Shown: positions 9,901-17,404 of the stretch, one piece after another
How positions within the stretch are numbered: position 1 is the first letter of the stretch
How the letters are laid out: every line of letters begins with the position of its first letter
Origin: an archaeon
GTDB lineage: Archaea; Aenigmatarchaeota; Aenigmatarchaeia; QMZP01
Assembly (NCBI GenBank): GCA_035256265.1
Contig: DATEYJ010000020.1
Location: forward strand, 1-43,020
Direction of reading: 5' to 3'
DNA: 43,020 nt
Made by a program: the position numbers and the translations under genes
The notes under the pieces: generated by a model
Told to the model about the DNA's origin: nothing
The model's database searches: none
Seen by the model: only the letters and a program-made list of their open reading frames with translations

Positions 9901-12900
9901 GTTCTGCACCATGAATTCCAGGCGCTCGGCCTTCTCGTATCCCTGGCTGTCATTCACAGAGTATTCTGCAGAATACCGGCCTGGCTGGATGGATGAGAGG
10001 TTCGCCGTCACTGTGCACATGTTTCCTGAGCAGTTGGTGGCTGAAGCCAGCCTGAGAGGGTTGCCTGTTTTCTGGTTGAACACGGATTTCAGCTTCGTCC
10101 CGGCTTCGCTCAGGTTGTGTGGGTTGGTTTCAAAATCCAGGCCTGTGAAATTCACCGTGAGGTTCTCCGAGGATGAGAAGGCGGGCATCCAGTTGTCCCC
10201 CTTCCTGTAGGAAACCTCAATGTTGTACGTGGAAAGGCTGAAGAAGAAGCTTCCTATGTCCGAGCCCTTGCTCGTGGACACTCTGACATTCGCCTGGATG
10301 TCCCCGTCCTTGTCCAGGCCTGTTATGTTTATGACTGTCATGTTAACCGGTCCAGGGTTCCATTCTGTATATACGGGAGCGGTTCCTGCAGATATAGAAA
10401 GCGAATCTACCGGTATTTCCACAGGAGGCCAGCCGACCAGCCATTTCACGCTCTCCAGGGAAACGGATGACATTTGAAGCATGTCTCCTGTGGATGGATC
10501 CCTTGCGGAAACCGCAAAAAGCACGGTCCCGCCCTTCTCGAAAACCGAGCTCATGTCCCAGGAGCCGAGAAGCGCAGTCCCGTTATCGGTTATCTTCATG
10601 GCCTCAACGTAAAGGTTCCTTATCTCGAAGCCGCCCCAGCCGAAGTAGGAATTGTTCGCGTTTACAGGATCCCTTGCCAGAAGGTCCATGCCATACCATC
10701 CGCTCTGCATCCTGGAGCTGAGCGGGACTATCGTGAGGTTTGCCGTGGCGTTCGCGACCGGCGTGCTCTCGACATAATAATCTATCCCGTAGGTCATATC
10801 CTTCATTATCTGGTCATTCCTCAGGGAGCTCACATTAACAACCAAGCCATCACAGTCCGTGCATGTGAGGCTGTCCGTTCCCTTGCCCATCTGGCTCATC
10901 ATGCTTCCCTGGTCTATGTCCACGACATTGACTATGAGAGTTATGTTCTTCCCTGCGCCGCTTATGCAGGGCCCGAAGCTCTGGCTGCACTGGGGAGTTG
11001 CCCATATCATGTATTTCTTCAGCTGGAAGAATGCAGAGCCTGTCCCTGTCTCCTCTGTCCCGTTCACGAAGGCCTTGAACTTGAACCTCATGAAGAAGAA
11101 GCCCTCTGCATCAGGGGAATTGAATATCAGGGTCCCGTTCTGAATGCTCTCGTTCACGGATGTCCTGAACTCGCTTGTGAAAACGTCCTGGTAGTCCGGG
11201 AACTGTTTGTAAATCTCTATTATCTTGGCGCCTGTTATGTTCTGCGGGGGAAGGTCCTGCCTGGTGGCCAGGTCCCTTATCTTCAGCTTTATCTTCATGG
11301 TCGTGTTGGGCGCGAAGAACCAGTAATCGTCACCCTTGGAATCCACGGAGGCGCCTTCCGCATAAAGCCTCTGCACGCTGAAGCTTGCGCCTGCCTTCTT
11401 CCTCTCCCCATTGTGGCTGACTTCCGCCACCGCCTTGTAAGTTCCGGTCCTGTTGGGCGCTGCGAAAATTATCACGCACTGCCTCAAAATTTCCTGGGGC
11501 GGGCCCTCCTCCTCGGACATGGTGACGTTTGACATGCTTATTGCCCTGGAAATATTGACAGAATAATGGACGGGTATGTCCAGTCCAATTCCCCTGTCGT
11601 CCCTGAACTCCACAAAGGAAACCACACTTCCGCACTCATCATCCGGAGTGCTCGAATTGTCTATGTCTATCATGCCCGCCCCCTCGGGGCCCTGCGCCAT
11701 CATCCCGCCCGCGGAGATGTTCGAAAGGAAAACCATGAGGGTGATGTTGCCCTGCGGCGCGAACGCGTTCACCTGCGCCCCCTGGCCCTCTGCCTGGTCT
11801 ATGAAATCCATGTTCATCGCCATCAGCTCCAGGGAGGCGGACTCGACCGAGAACCCTGTTATGAATTCCTGGCTGCTGCCTCCGTACGCTCCTGTGATTT
11901 TCACCCCATAGTTCCCGTTAATACTTCCCAGAGAAAAGTCATGATAATAGCTCCCTGTATCGCTCTGCGTCATGCCTGCCGTGACGGAGGTTCCGTTGGG
12001 GTAGGTGATTTTCACAGAGCCTGAAGTGAGGTTGACAGCATTCCCGTCGGCGTCCCCTGAGCTGGCATATATCCTCACGATGGAGTTTGGCGCGAAGGAG
12101 GATGCTGGATTGTCTGAAAGGTCAGTTGCCTTTCCCGTTAGCTTGAATGACTCGACTGTGAAGAATCCTGTCCCTTTGCTGTTGTTCAGGTCTATTGTAT
12201 ACGAACCAGCGACTGAAGGGGCTGTGAAGCTCGCTGTGAAGAATCCCATGCTGTTTGTGGTGTTCGTGAGCGAGCTTATCACTCCTTTTGAGGAGTTCAT
12301 GAGCCTTGCATGCACGGTTACTCCGGCGGCAAGGTTCTTGTCCGAGTCCTTTGCCATGACTATGAAACTCACAGCAGAGCCTGCTGAATACACTGAACTG
12401 CCTTTTGGCTTCCCGAGGACTACCCTGTTTCCTGTATTATAGTCTATCTCCCCTATCATGTAGTCCCCGAATTTCTGCCCCTTCTGGAGTATCCTCTCTA
12501 CCATGTTCCCGGAGTCTTCTGTCCCATTGTCAGTGTCTATCAGGAAGCTGATGTCATCGTCTATATACAGGGTGTCATAGGTCTGGTTGTAGTTCTGGTC
12601 CATAAGGACGAAATGGTAAGTCATGCCGTCCATGCTCGCGTTTCCGTAATGGAGGGTCCCTGATATCGAGGAGGCTCTCGGCTCGGAGAAGTTCCCTCCC
12701 ATTGCATCATCTGCTGCTATTGTTGCGCTTGTGTCCACGGACTTTATGTCCTGTGTATTTATCAGGCGGGTCTCCAGGTACGTGATGGTTGAGACCACCT
12801 CGAAGCTCATTGGTATGGTGACCGAGCTGTCTGATATGTTTGCTGTGTATGTTCCCTCCAGTCCCGAAAGGGGTTGCGAAAGCGTGAATATGTTAGAGCC

Positions 12901-13134
12901 TGTGGAATTGGAGCTCAGGTTGTAGAATGATATGGGAGTTGCATTAGAGATGGCTGCAGTTATGTTCACGGGATTCAGCGTGTTTGTTATGTTCCCTGTT
13001 ATGATTATGTTCTCTCCTGCAGTATACACAAGCTTGTTTGTTGTTGCGTAGAATGAATATGCGCTCCCGGAGGAAGAGAGGGCTACCAGTGTGGAAACTG
13101 CGCAGATGACCAGAATTAAACTCTTACCACCCAT
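6958..13134 (-). CDS. giant secreted surface protein or adhesin (2058 aa), heavily N-glycosylatable
   Basis: Uninterrupted 6.2-kb ORF with signal peptide MGGKSLILVICAVSTLVALSSSGSA. My hand count gives about 84 N-x-S/T sequons. Ig/alpha-2-macroglobulin-like beta segments are present (VTVHARLMNSS...SYTIDL). Two Ca-binding-type DxDxDG loops occur (LDLDGDGYTNS, LNMDGDKGD). No C-terminal TM helix. Confidence 0.85.
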   Translation of the reverse strand: MGGKSLILVICAVSTLVALSSSGSAYSFYATTNKLVYTAGENIIITGNITNTLNPVNITAAISNATPISFYNLSSNSTGSNIFTLSQPLSGLEGTYTANISDSSVTIPMSFEVVSTITYLETRLINTQDIKSVDTSATIAADDAMGGNFSEPRASSISGTLHYGNASMDGMTYHFVLMDQNYNQTYDTLYIDDDISFLIDTDNGTEDSGNMVERILQKGQKFGDYMIGEIDYNTGNRVVLGKPKGSSVYSAGSAVSFIVMAKDSDKNLAAGVTVHARLMNSSKGVISSLTNTTNSMGFFTASFTAPSVAGSYTIDLNNSKGTGFFTVESFKLTGKATDLSDNPASSFAPNSIVRIYASSGDADGNAVNLTSGSVKITYPNGTSVTAGMTQSDTGSYYHDFSLGSINGNYGVKITGAYGGSSQEFITGFSVESASLELMAMNMDFIDQAEGQGAQVNAFAPQGNITLMVFLSNISAGGMMAQGPEGAGMIDIDNSSTPDDECGSVVSFVEFRDDRGIGLDIPVHYSVNISRAISMSNVTMSEEEGPPQEILRQCVIIFAAPNRTGTYKAVAEVSHNGERKKAGASFSVQRLYAEGASVDSKGDDYWFFAPNTTMKIKLKIRDLATRQDLPPQNITGAKIIEIYKQFPDYQDVFTSEFRTSVNESIQNGTLIFNSPDAEGFFFMRFKFKAFVNGTEETGTGSAFFQLKKYMIWATPQCSQSFGPCISGAGKNITLIVNVVDIDQGSMMSQMGKGTDSLTCTDCDGLVVNVSSLRNDQIMKDMTYGIDYYVESTPVANATANLTIVPLSSRMQSGWYGMDLLARDPVNANNSYFGWGGFEIRNLYVEAMKITDNGTALLGSWDMSSVFEKGGTVLFAVSARDPSTGDMLQMSSVSLESVKWLVGWPPVEIPVDSLSISAGTAPVYTEWNPGPVNMTVINITGLDKDGDIQANVRVSTSKGSDIGSFFFSLSTYNIEVSYRKGDNWMPAFSSSENLTVNFTGLDFETNPHNLSEAGTKLKSVFNQKTGNPLRLASATNCSGNMCTVTANLSSIQPGRYSAEYSVNDSQGYEKAERLEFMVQNTLVGIPSVEEGWVGYSETSSKDVEVNNDRDRCSNQMTFPGNWVQGEWNIRVFCIRASGEWMSEGCGTDDGENITVSSNGTMLSISGENISAGGNFSAAGNNWTVVSIGDPQNNSFHINNTDGVCGESWINCGDQGCQQSGYIMRPPSSHTSFYHGFLENLVGDRGGEFTPLSGNQTRSLYFYHNTTHAWISNSSSNMSLLGPARTVGDTFSDPYGGQWKVSSISKSRVKITGMNVLPQTGAYINVSKSKSGVIKLGRIEERWLGGWDRSTGQSRGLDLDGDGYTNSSVYIAIADSAVAGIYDTFFFFNHTGTSNFSTEISVNDPNISARRFGLNDTVILLSIDPRADRARFYSEKIGDWASLGDFRMDGNISIPVIVRTPAGAPAEANVSIPNIRVKGAGMNIIKGLGSSVPNATINGTGEVRIANISQYSLGSGEYVFEVRVAQGSSQEILEEWKWPRANPRTFLVNGYTGQAGYVSGFKPLPISRYDWESYGEPMQLYTVNWTNMSKFFKGVLDLAGAGGGNMANLTECNFVEPSAAGSNETNATLRSSRLTNPQYYYYITASNASRVWIKTGDCNFTTNTTEYDALTAPAINVTKNTRKYMVRVLDAEAYTYSVVIGINSQDFNDQISPVKVETWGPPGEETESPVWFIMGLNISGTDYNVILANDTMEYPMCSVWNIQECIKRAWFSTSANFSQAVPAYAGENFTSQLYAAKVGPAPWEGIIIANFSSLGSLPRPAVDIRARDSTTSYFNLLDENALSLDLNMDGDKGDQFYAVTFDDFDDGQQVLNQIIVDDDLNITEEWWSSSNTNQSAVYKKDFYGNEAGSLGEKRSSLPSSIWSGNIWFGDQTEGLRWEYQPQWNIEKYNGTDMLLLKDEWEINGTRNISILLRAYNFDQSPIQGANVSVPAIKGNMPGFGFMKLEQGTHYNLPANVTQTDQNGYAIIIIIPQGSWSGEYMADIQTAYGGNTETTGMWFKVM

Positions 13135-13234
13135 TATTTAATACTTTGTCGAAGGTTGAATAAATACTTTGTTTAAACATTTCCGGTTTGCATTTATGCT
13201 CCAAGCATTTTAACCGCTCTCACAATCTAATAAT
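13135..13234. promoter_or_regulatory. divergent promoter region between the giant-protein operon and the pilin-like operon
   Basis: 100-bp AT-rich spacer between two divergent ATGs. 10-bp direct repeat AATACTTTGT at 13140-13149 and 13163-13172. TATA-like TTTAAAC at 13172-13178 and TTTATG at 13193-13198. Confidence 0.45.
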
Positions 13235-13630
13235 ATGGCCATGAAAGCCCAGATGTTCGTGCTGACCATGATATTCCTCATGGGCCTCATCTTCGCCGTC
13301 CAGCAGCTGCTCTTCCAGTACACCGCCCTGGACCTCTCCGCGCCCTTCAGGCAGAACCCTGTCTACCTTCTCGAAAATACCAAGAACATTATCAACCGCA
13401 CGATAAGGTTCACTCCTGAATGCGCGGACTTCGGGGCAAAAATGGAGGAATTCAATGACTTCCTTAACACAAGGGTCCCTCCGGGCGGCTACATAATCTC
13501 CCTCAGCTACAGGCTCAACTGCACCTACTGGAACAACCTTCCCCCAAATCCCACCCCCCTCAACGTGAGCATATTCATACAGGGCAGGGGCTCGGAGGCC
13601 TCCTCCATCCTTTATTTGTACCACAGATGA
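13235..13630 (+). CDS. pilin-like protein with an N-terminal hydrophobic helix (131 aa)
   Basis: N-terminus MAMKAQMFVLTMIFLMGLIFAVQQLLF: a short polar leader followed by a ~20-aa hydrophobic helix. First gene of the plus-strand operon. Confidence 0.6.
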   Translation: MAMKAQMFVLTMIFLMGLIFAVQQLLFQYTALDLSAPFRQNPVYLLENTKNIINRTIRFTPECADFGAKMEEFNDFLNTRVPPGGYIISLSYRLNCTYWNNLPPNPTPLNVSIFIQGRGSEASSILYLYHR

Positions 13631-13640
13631 TTTCTGGAAA

Positions 13641-13662
13641 GAAGGTGACTGAGGTCGCCTTC
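13641..13662. repeat. GC-rich hairpin family member (GAAGGTGAC-TGAG-GTCGCCTTC)
   Basis: 9-bp stem (one G.T pair) with a 4-nt loop. Lies between stop 13630 and the likely start at 13672. The 5' flank is CTGGAAA. Confidence 0.7.
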
Positions 13663-13671
13663 AAGCTGACG

Positions 13672-13794
13672 ATGCGAAAGAAAGGCTTTCTTGATATCAG
13701 CCTGAGGACAATCGTCCTGATAATTTTCGCGGTTGCGTTCCTCGCTCTTGCAATCCTCTGGGTCTCCAGATTTTTCGGGAACATGCCTTTCTAA
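13672..13794 (+). CDS. mini class-III-signal (pilin-like) protein, 40 aa from MRKKG (55 aa if started at 13627)
   Basis: Hand-translated; below the ORF-track cut-off. Sequence is MRKKG/FLDISLRTIVLIIFAVAFLALAILWVSRFFGNMPF, that is a basic leader ending in G followed by a hydrophobic helix. The alternative ATG at 13627 overlaps the upstream stop (ATGA), but its first 15 codons are the hairpin. Confidence 0.45.
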   Translation: MRKKGFLDISLRTIVLIIFAVAFLALAILWVSRFFGNMPF

Positions 13795-13808
13795 AGCAAA
13801 TCAACCGC

Positions 13809-13817
13809 TTTTATAAA
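13809..13817 (+). promoter_or_regulatory. TATA box (TTTTATAAA) for a leaderless transcript starting near 13840
   Basis: The box centre is about 27 bp upstream of the ATG at 13840. Confidence 0.5.
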
Positions 13818-13839
13818 CGTGCATGGATAATAACTTATT

Positions 13840-14436
13840 ATGCCAAGGAAAGGTGCCATAGAGCTCAGCCTCGGTTTCATAGTGACTGTTGTTTTTGCGG
13901 TTGTATTGCTGAGCCTGGCGATAGTGTGGCTTAATAGTATTTTCCCCACGCTTTTTGGCATAACGGACGATTTGTTCCAGCAGGCCCAGACACAGATCCA
14001 GGAAACGTTCCAGAAATCGGAAAACAATTTTGCAGTCTGGCCACCCAAATATGATCTTGCCAGAGGGCGGGAGCTGAAGATGGCCGCAGGGATAGAGAAT
14101 GATGCCGGTGATGCTAACACTCATCGGTTTGTTATTAATGTTATTCCTGCTACAGCCAGCGATAGTGTCTGCTCCGGAGGAGAGCTGGATGCATGCGGTA
14201 ACCTCAAGGCAGAGATGCAGAGCTGGATTACGTGGGACAGGCAGTCAAGCAGCATTGAGATAGACAGGGTCGGCTACAGGTGGATAATTATAAATCCACC
14301 TTCCAGCACAAAACTTGGAACTTACATATTCAACGTCGTTGCATGCAAGGAACCCATTACAACTGCTTCAGCATGCACGCTTGAGACCCTTAACTGGGGT
14401 GGCAGCGCCCAGCAGTTTCAGATAACCCTCAAATAG
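13840..14436 (+). CDS. archaeal type-IV-pilin-like protein with a class III signal peptide (198 aa)
   Basis: N-terminus MPRKG/AIELSLGFIVTVVFAVVLLSLAIVWL: basic leader, Gly at -1, an acidic residue early in the mature part, then a hydrophobic helix (DUF361/PF04021-type pattern). The globular C-terminal domain has 4 Cys. Confidence 0.7.
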   Translation: MPRKGAIELSLGFIVTVVFAVVLLSLAIVWLNSIFPTLFGITDDLFQQAQTQIQETFQKSENNFAVWPPKYDLARGRELKMAAGIENDAGDANTHRFVINVIPATASDSVCSGGELDACGNLKAEMQSWITWDRQSSSIEIDRVGYRWIIINPPSSTKLGTYIFNVVACKEPITTASACTLETLNWGGSAQQFQITLK

Positions 14437-14437
14437 A

Positions 14438-14446
14438 TTTTTTCTT
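14438..14446 (+). terminator. oligo-T tract (TTTTTTCTT) immediately after the stop at 14436
   Basis: Archaeal terminators are typically T-runs. A TATA box for the next gene follows. Confidence 0.35.
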
Positions 14447-14488
14447 CAGTTCGCCTTCTATCCATATGCAGCTTCCATCTATCCCGGA

Positions 14489-14497
14489 TTATATATT
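14489..14497 (+). promoter_or_regulatory. TATA box (TTATATATT) for a leaderless transcript starting near 14519
   Basis: The box centre is 26 bp upstream of the ATG at 14519. Confidence 0.5.
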
Positions 14498-14518
14498 CCA
14501 GCTAACCAATACTATGGT

Positions 14519-15001
14519 ATGGACGTCTCACTGATTTTCGGGATAATATTCACGCTCATTGTCATCGGTCTGCTCCTTGTCTTCGGAGGGGAGCAGATTG
14601 CCAATATCCTTGGTTTCGGAGGGCAGGCCCAGGTCCTGAAAACAATGGACAACCTGAAGAACAAGGTTGATGACATATACCGCCTCGGAGAGGGCTCGAG
14701 CGAGCAGTTCACGCTCTCTTTCCCCAAGGAGTACAGGCTATGCTTCTTCAATTCCTCGAACCCCGCAGACAGGTTCTATTCCGATAAGTCCATGACGTGG
14801 GACCCAGACTCGACCGTGAAATACGTTATAAACGCAAGCCGCTTCAACGTCTGGTACCACAGGGGTGAGGATGATGCAGCAGGGAGCGGGAAGAGTATTC
14901 CCTACCTAGAGATGCCCACGGAGAATAACTTCTGCGCCACGGGAGGAAAGAAGGTCTACATAGTCAAGAGATACGACTGGGTCGAGGTAGAACCGTTTTG
15001 A
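14519..15001 (+). CDS. pilin-like protein with an N-terminal hydrophobic helix (160 aa)
   Basis: N-terminus MDVSLIFGIIFTLIVIGLLLVFGGEQ, followed by a globular domain. Confidence 0.6.
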   Translation: MDVSLIFGIIFTLIVIGLLLVFGGEQIANILGFGGQAQVLKTMDNLKNKVDDIYRLGEGSSEQFTLSFPKEYRLCFFNSSNPADRFYSDKSMTWDPDSTVKYVINASRFNVWYHRGEDDAAGSGKSIPYLEMPTENNFCATGGKKVYIVKRYDWVEVEPF

Positions 15002-15006
15002 GAGAG

Positions 15007-15043
15007 GAGGCGGCAACATTGCGGGCAGAGCTTGCCGCCTCCG
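15007..15043. repeat. extended hairpin related to the GAAGGCGGC family (GGAGGCGGCAA-N15-TTGCCGCCTCC)
   Basis: 11-bp perfect stem with a 15-nt loop, in the 67-bp gap between genes 14519..15001 and 15069..16214. Confidence 0.65.
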
Positions 15044-15068
15044 GTATAGAGCCCGCTAAGGGTGAAAT

Positions 15069-16214
15069 ATGCTGGCTGTCCACAGGATTTTCCAGATGAT
15101 CTTCGGGATAATAGTGTCAGTTACACTTCTTTACTTCCTCATAAGCTATTCCGGGGACTACCAGTGCACGCAGAAGGACCTGCAGAGGGCGAAGATACTC
15201 AAGGCCTTCTCTGACCAGTCCAGGGATGTCTACCTTACAGGGATATCCACCAACTTCACTCATTTCTCCAGATATAACTTCTCCTCCTGCTACATAAAGT
15301 TCCAGGATAGGGACGTACCGCAGATGGAATGCGTGGGCTCTGACACCTCCTGCCATGGTGTACAGGTTTCGGGAATTCCCATAGAGACCCCTGCACTGTT
15401 CTATCCGGGAAAGGAAGTCTACATGGGAAGGGACACCCTGGATTACGGCTGGTGGGCCTTCAATATAGTGGAGGCGATGCCGGACACCGTCTTTGTCTTC
15501 GATCCTATAGAGGGGACGGAGGAGAACTGGCAGGTCATGAGGGATATAGTGGAGCACCTGCCTGACACCTCTGACGACTGGAGTGTTGTGGAGGTCGGAT
15601 TTGCCTTCTGCGACGGGTCTGAGATACTTAATGTGTGTGGGGGGCAGCCATGCAGCAAGCAGGAGTTCCTTTCCGTTCTTGACGCGCCGCCTTCTGCCAC
15701 GTCCAGATGCACGGCAAGCCTGAAGGCCAACATGAGGCTTGTCACGATATCCAATTCGTGCAGCAACTCCTTCACGGAGAGAGATGTGTGCATAATCCCT
15801 CCGAATTCAAAGGGTGTGGGGAACGCCTTCCTTGTGGGCTCTGCAAAGGCCTATGTATGGAAGGACCCGCTTGACTTGGTGTCCCTTGCCCTAGGCGGCT
15901 CCGGGAAGGATGATTTCGGCAAGACCGCGGGAGAGAGACTTTACAGCTACAAGAATTCCCTGCTCATGGGAAAGCTTTCCCTTGCCTCTGAAATGATGTC
16001 AAAGAGGTGCGTCCTGGTAGCGGGGAAAATCCCGGAGGAGACAGGATGCGGCTCTGTATACATAGAGCTTTCCCAGGTCCTTGACAGGATTCCAGGAAAG
16101 GACTACCAGAGCCTTTCAGATATGTACGAGCTGAATGACAGGCTGAATGAGGCAAAGGCACTTTACCAGAGCCTTGTTGAAAAGGGATGCGAGAGGAGTG
16201 AATATGGAATGTGA
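15069..16214 (+). CDS. membrane-anchored or pilin-like extracellular protein (381 aa)
   Basis: N-terminus MLAVHRIFQMIFGIIVSVTLLYFLISY. GGTGA Shine-Dalgarno-like motif 5 nt upstream. Cys-rich globular part. Confidence 0.6.
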   Translation: MLAVHRIFQMIFGIIVSVTLLYFLISYSGDYQCTQKDLQRAKILKAFSDQSRDVYLTGISTNFTHFSRYNFSSCYIKFQDRDVPQMECVGSDTSCHGVQVSGIPIETPALFYPGKEVYMGRDTLDYGWWAFNIVEAMPDTVFVFDPIEGTEENWQVMRDIVEHLPDTSDDWSVVEVGFAFCDGSEILNVCGGQPCSKQEFLSVLDAPPSATSRCTASLKANMRLVTISNSCSNSFTERDVCIIPPNSKGVGNAFLVGSAKAYVWKDPLDLVSLALGGSGKDDFGKTAGERLYSYKNSLLMGKLSLASEMMSKRCVLVAGKIPEETGCGSVYIELSQVLDRIPGKDYQSLSDMYELNDRLNEAKALYQSLVEKGCERSEYGM

Positions 16215-16722
16215 GATTCTCGGGGCAAGAGTCCCGAGCAGCCTGAAAGGCCAGTCCGAGATGATGGAGCACATACTCATGGTAGTATTCATAGTGGCAG
16301 CCATACTTGCCCTGATACTCTTCCTCACATGGTGGAATGTCCAGCAGCTGAACATGGAGGCCTCCAGGAACAGGCAGGACAGGATACTTGACCTGGCCCA
16401 GCATATGATGGGGGATTACCTACTCGTGAACGAGAACTACATGCTTGACGATGCGAAGCTCACCTCGGTAAATGCGGTTTCTGGATGCGAGAAGCTCGAG
16501 AGGCTCTTTGGGACGGACTGGTACGCAAGGGTAAGGGCCCTGGACATGGAGGATGAGATTCCGTGCACGTGGAATAATTATCCTGACTGCAATTCCTGGA
16601 CCATATGCAGCTATCCGGAAGAGAGAAGGAACGTCCTTGTGCAGAAATTCCCTGCAAATGTTTACAGGAAGGTCTCGGACAAAGTAGCGCTGGCTGTATT
16701 GGAAGTGGGGGTGTACTCATAA
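16204..16722 (+). CDS. class-III-signal pilin-like protein (172 aa)
   Basis: Start at MECEILGARVPSSLKG/QSEMMEHILMVVFIVAAILALILFL. This is the same KG/Q-[SA]-E motif as gene 17405. Overlaps the upstream gene by 11 nt. Confidence 0.6.
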   Translation: MECEILGARVPSSLKGQSEMMEHILMVVFIVAAILALILFLTWWNVQQLNMEASRNRQDRILDLAQHMMGDYLLVNENYMLDDAKLTSVNAVSGCEKLERLFGTDWYARVRALDMEDEIPCTWNNYPDCNSWTICSYPEERRNVLVQKFPANVYRKVSDKVALAVLEVGVYS

Positions 16723-17330
16723 TGAGCTGCAAAACAAATGAATGGTATGATGAAGGTGGAATTTCAAGCGTCCAATCAAATTCCGCCTTCCGTCATAACC
16801 GCAGCAAGGTGCATGCCTTGAGAGCGCAAAGCAGCATGATATTGATAATAATCGTGCTCATGATGTTCGTGGCCATAGCCGTCTTCCTGCTTCAGGTGGC
16901 GAGCACTGTGAGCAACCAGGAATACACGGTCCTTTACGCGAACAGCCTCCTTCTGACTGTGATGAGGACGGACACGGGATATACGGACTCCAGGTGCAAG
17001 CTTGTGTCCGACCTCGTTGTGTGCGCATGCTTCACTCCTACATGGCGATGCGGAGATATTGAATGCGCGCAGCTCGCCAATGAAACTCTGGCAGGGTATA
17101 TGGATGTCTTTGGCAACCAGACAACTCATTTAAAATATCTTTTCACGTCCACCTCGCAGGCCCACTGCATAGACTCAGAAGGAAATTCCATGGCACTGGA
17201 AATCGGGGATAAGACTCTGAAAAAATCCAGGGAGACATTCAAGGTATTCTCTTATCCTCTCACTATTCCTAAGACTTTTGACTACAATTCGTATATTATG
17301 ACAATGCAGTTGATAATTGCAAATAAATAA
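16722..17330 (+). CDS. membrane-anchored or pilin-like protein (202 aa)
   Basis: The start overlaps the upstream stop (TAATG). It has a ~38-aa polar leader, then MILIIIVLMMFVAIAVFLLQVAS. The extracellular part has 5 Cys. Confidence 0.5.
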   Translation: MSCKTNEWYDEGGISSVQSNSAFRHNRSKVHALRAQSSMILIIIVLMMFVAIAVFLLQVASTVSNQEYTVLYANSLLLTVMRTDTGYTDSRCKLVSDLVVCACFTPTWRCGDIECAQLANETLAGYMDVFGNQTTHLKYLFTSTSQAHCIDSEGNSMALEIGDKTLKKSRETFKVFSYPLTIPKTFDYNSYIMTMQLIIANK

Positions 17331-17350
17331 ATGAACCGGATTCAGGGTAT

Positions 17351-17375
17351 TTTTCTGCATATTTTTTCTGCATAT
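17351..17375 (+). repeat. tandem direct repeat TTTTCTGCATAT x2 (period 13) abutting a TATA box
   Basis: Copies at 17351-17362 and 17364-17375, read directly. Lies in the 59-74 bp gap upstream of gene 17405. Confidence 0.7.
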
Positions 17376-17383
17376 TATATATA
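17375..17383 (+). promoter_or_regulatory. TATA box (TTATATATA) for a leaderless transcript starting near 17405
   Basis: The box centre is 26 bp upstream of the ATG at 17405. This favours 17405 over the ORF-track start at 17390. Confidence 0.5.
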
Positions 17384-17404
17384 CCAAGAATGACAATTAT
17401 TAGT

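Noticed and set aside
7117-12925. Many plus-strand ORFs of 60-350 aa (for example 10474..11532, 11566..12024, 12005..12442) inside the giant gene
   Set aside because: All are antisense or out-of-frame shadows of the uninterrupted 6.2-kb minus-strand ORF. They have no signal or start context and their composition is odd.
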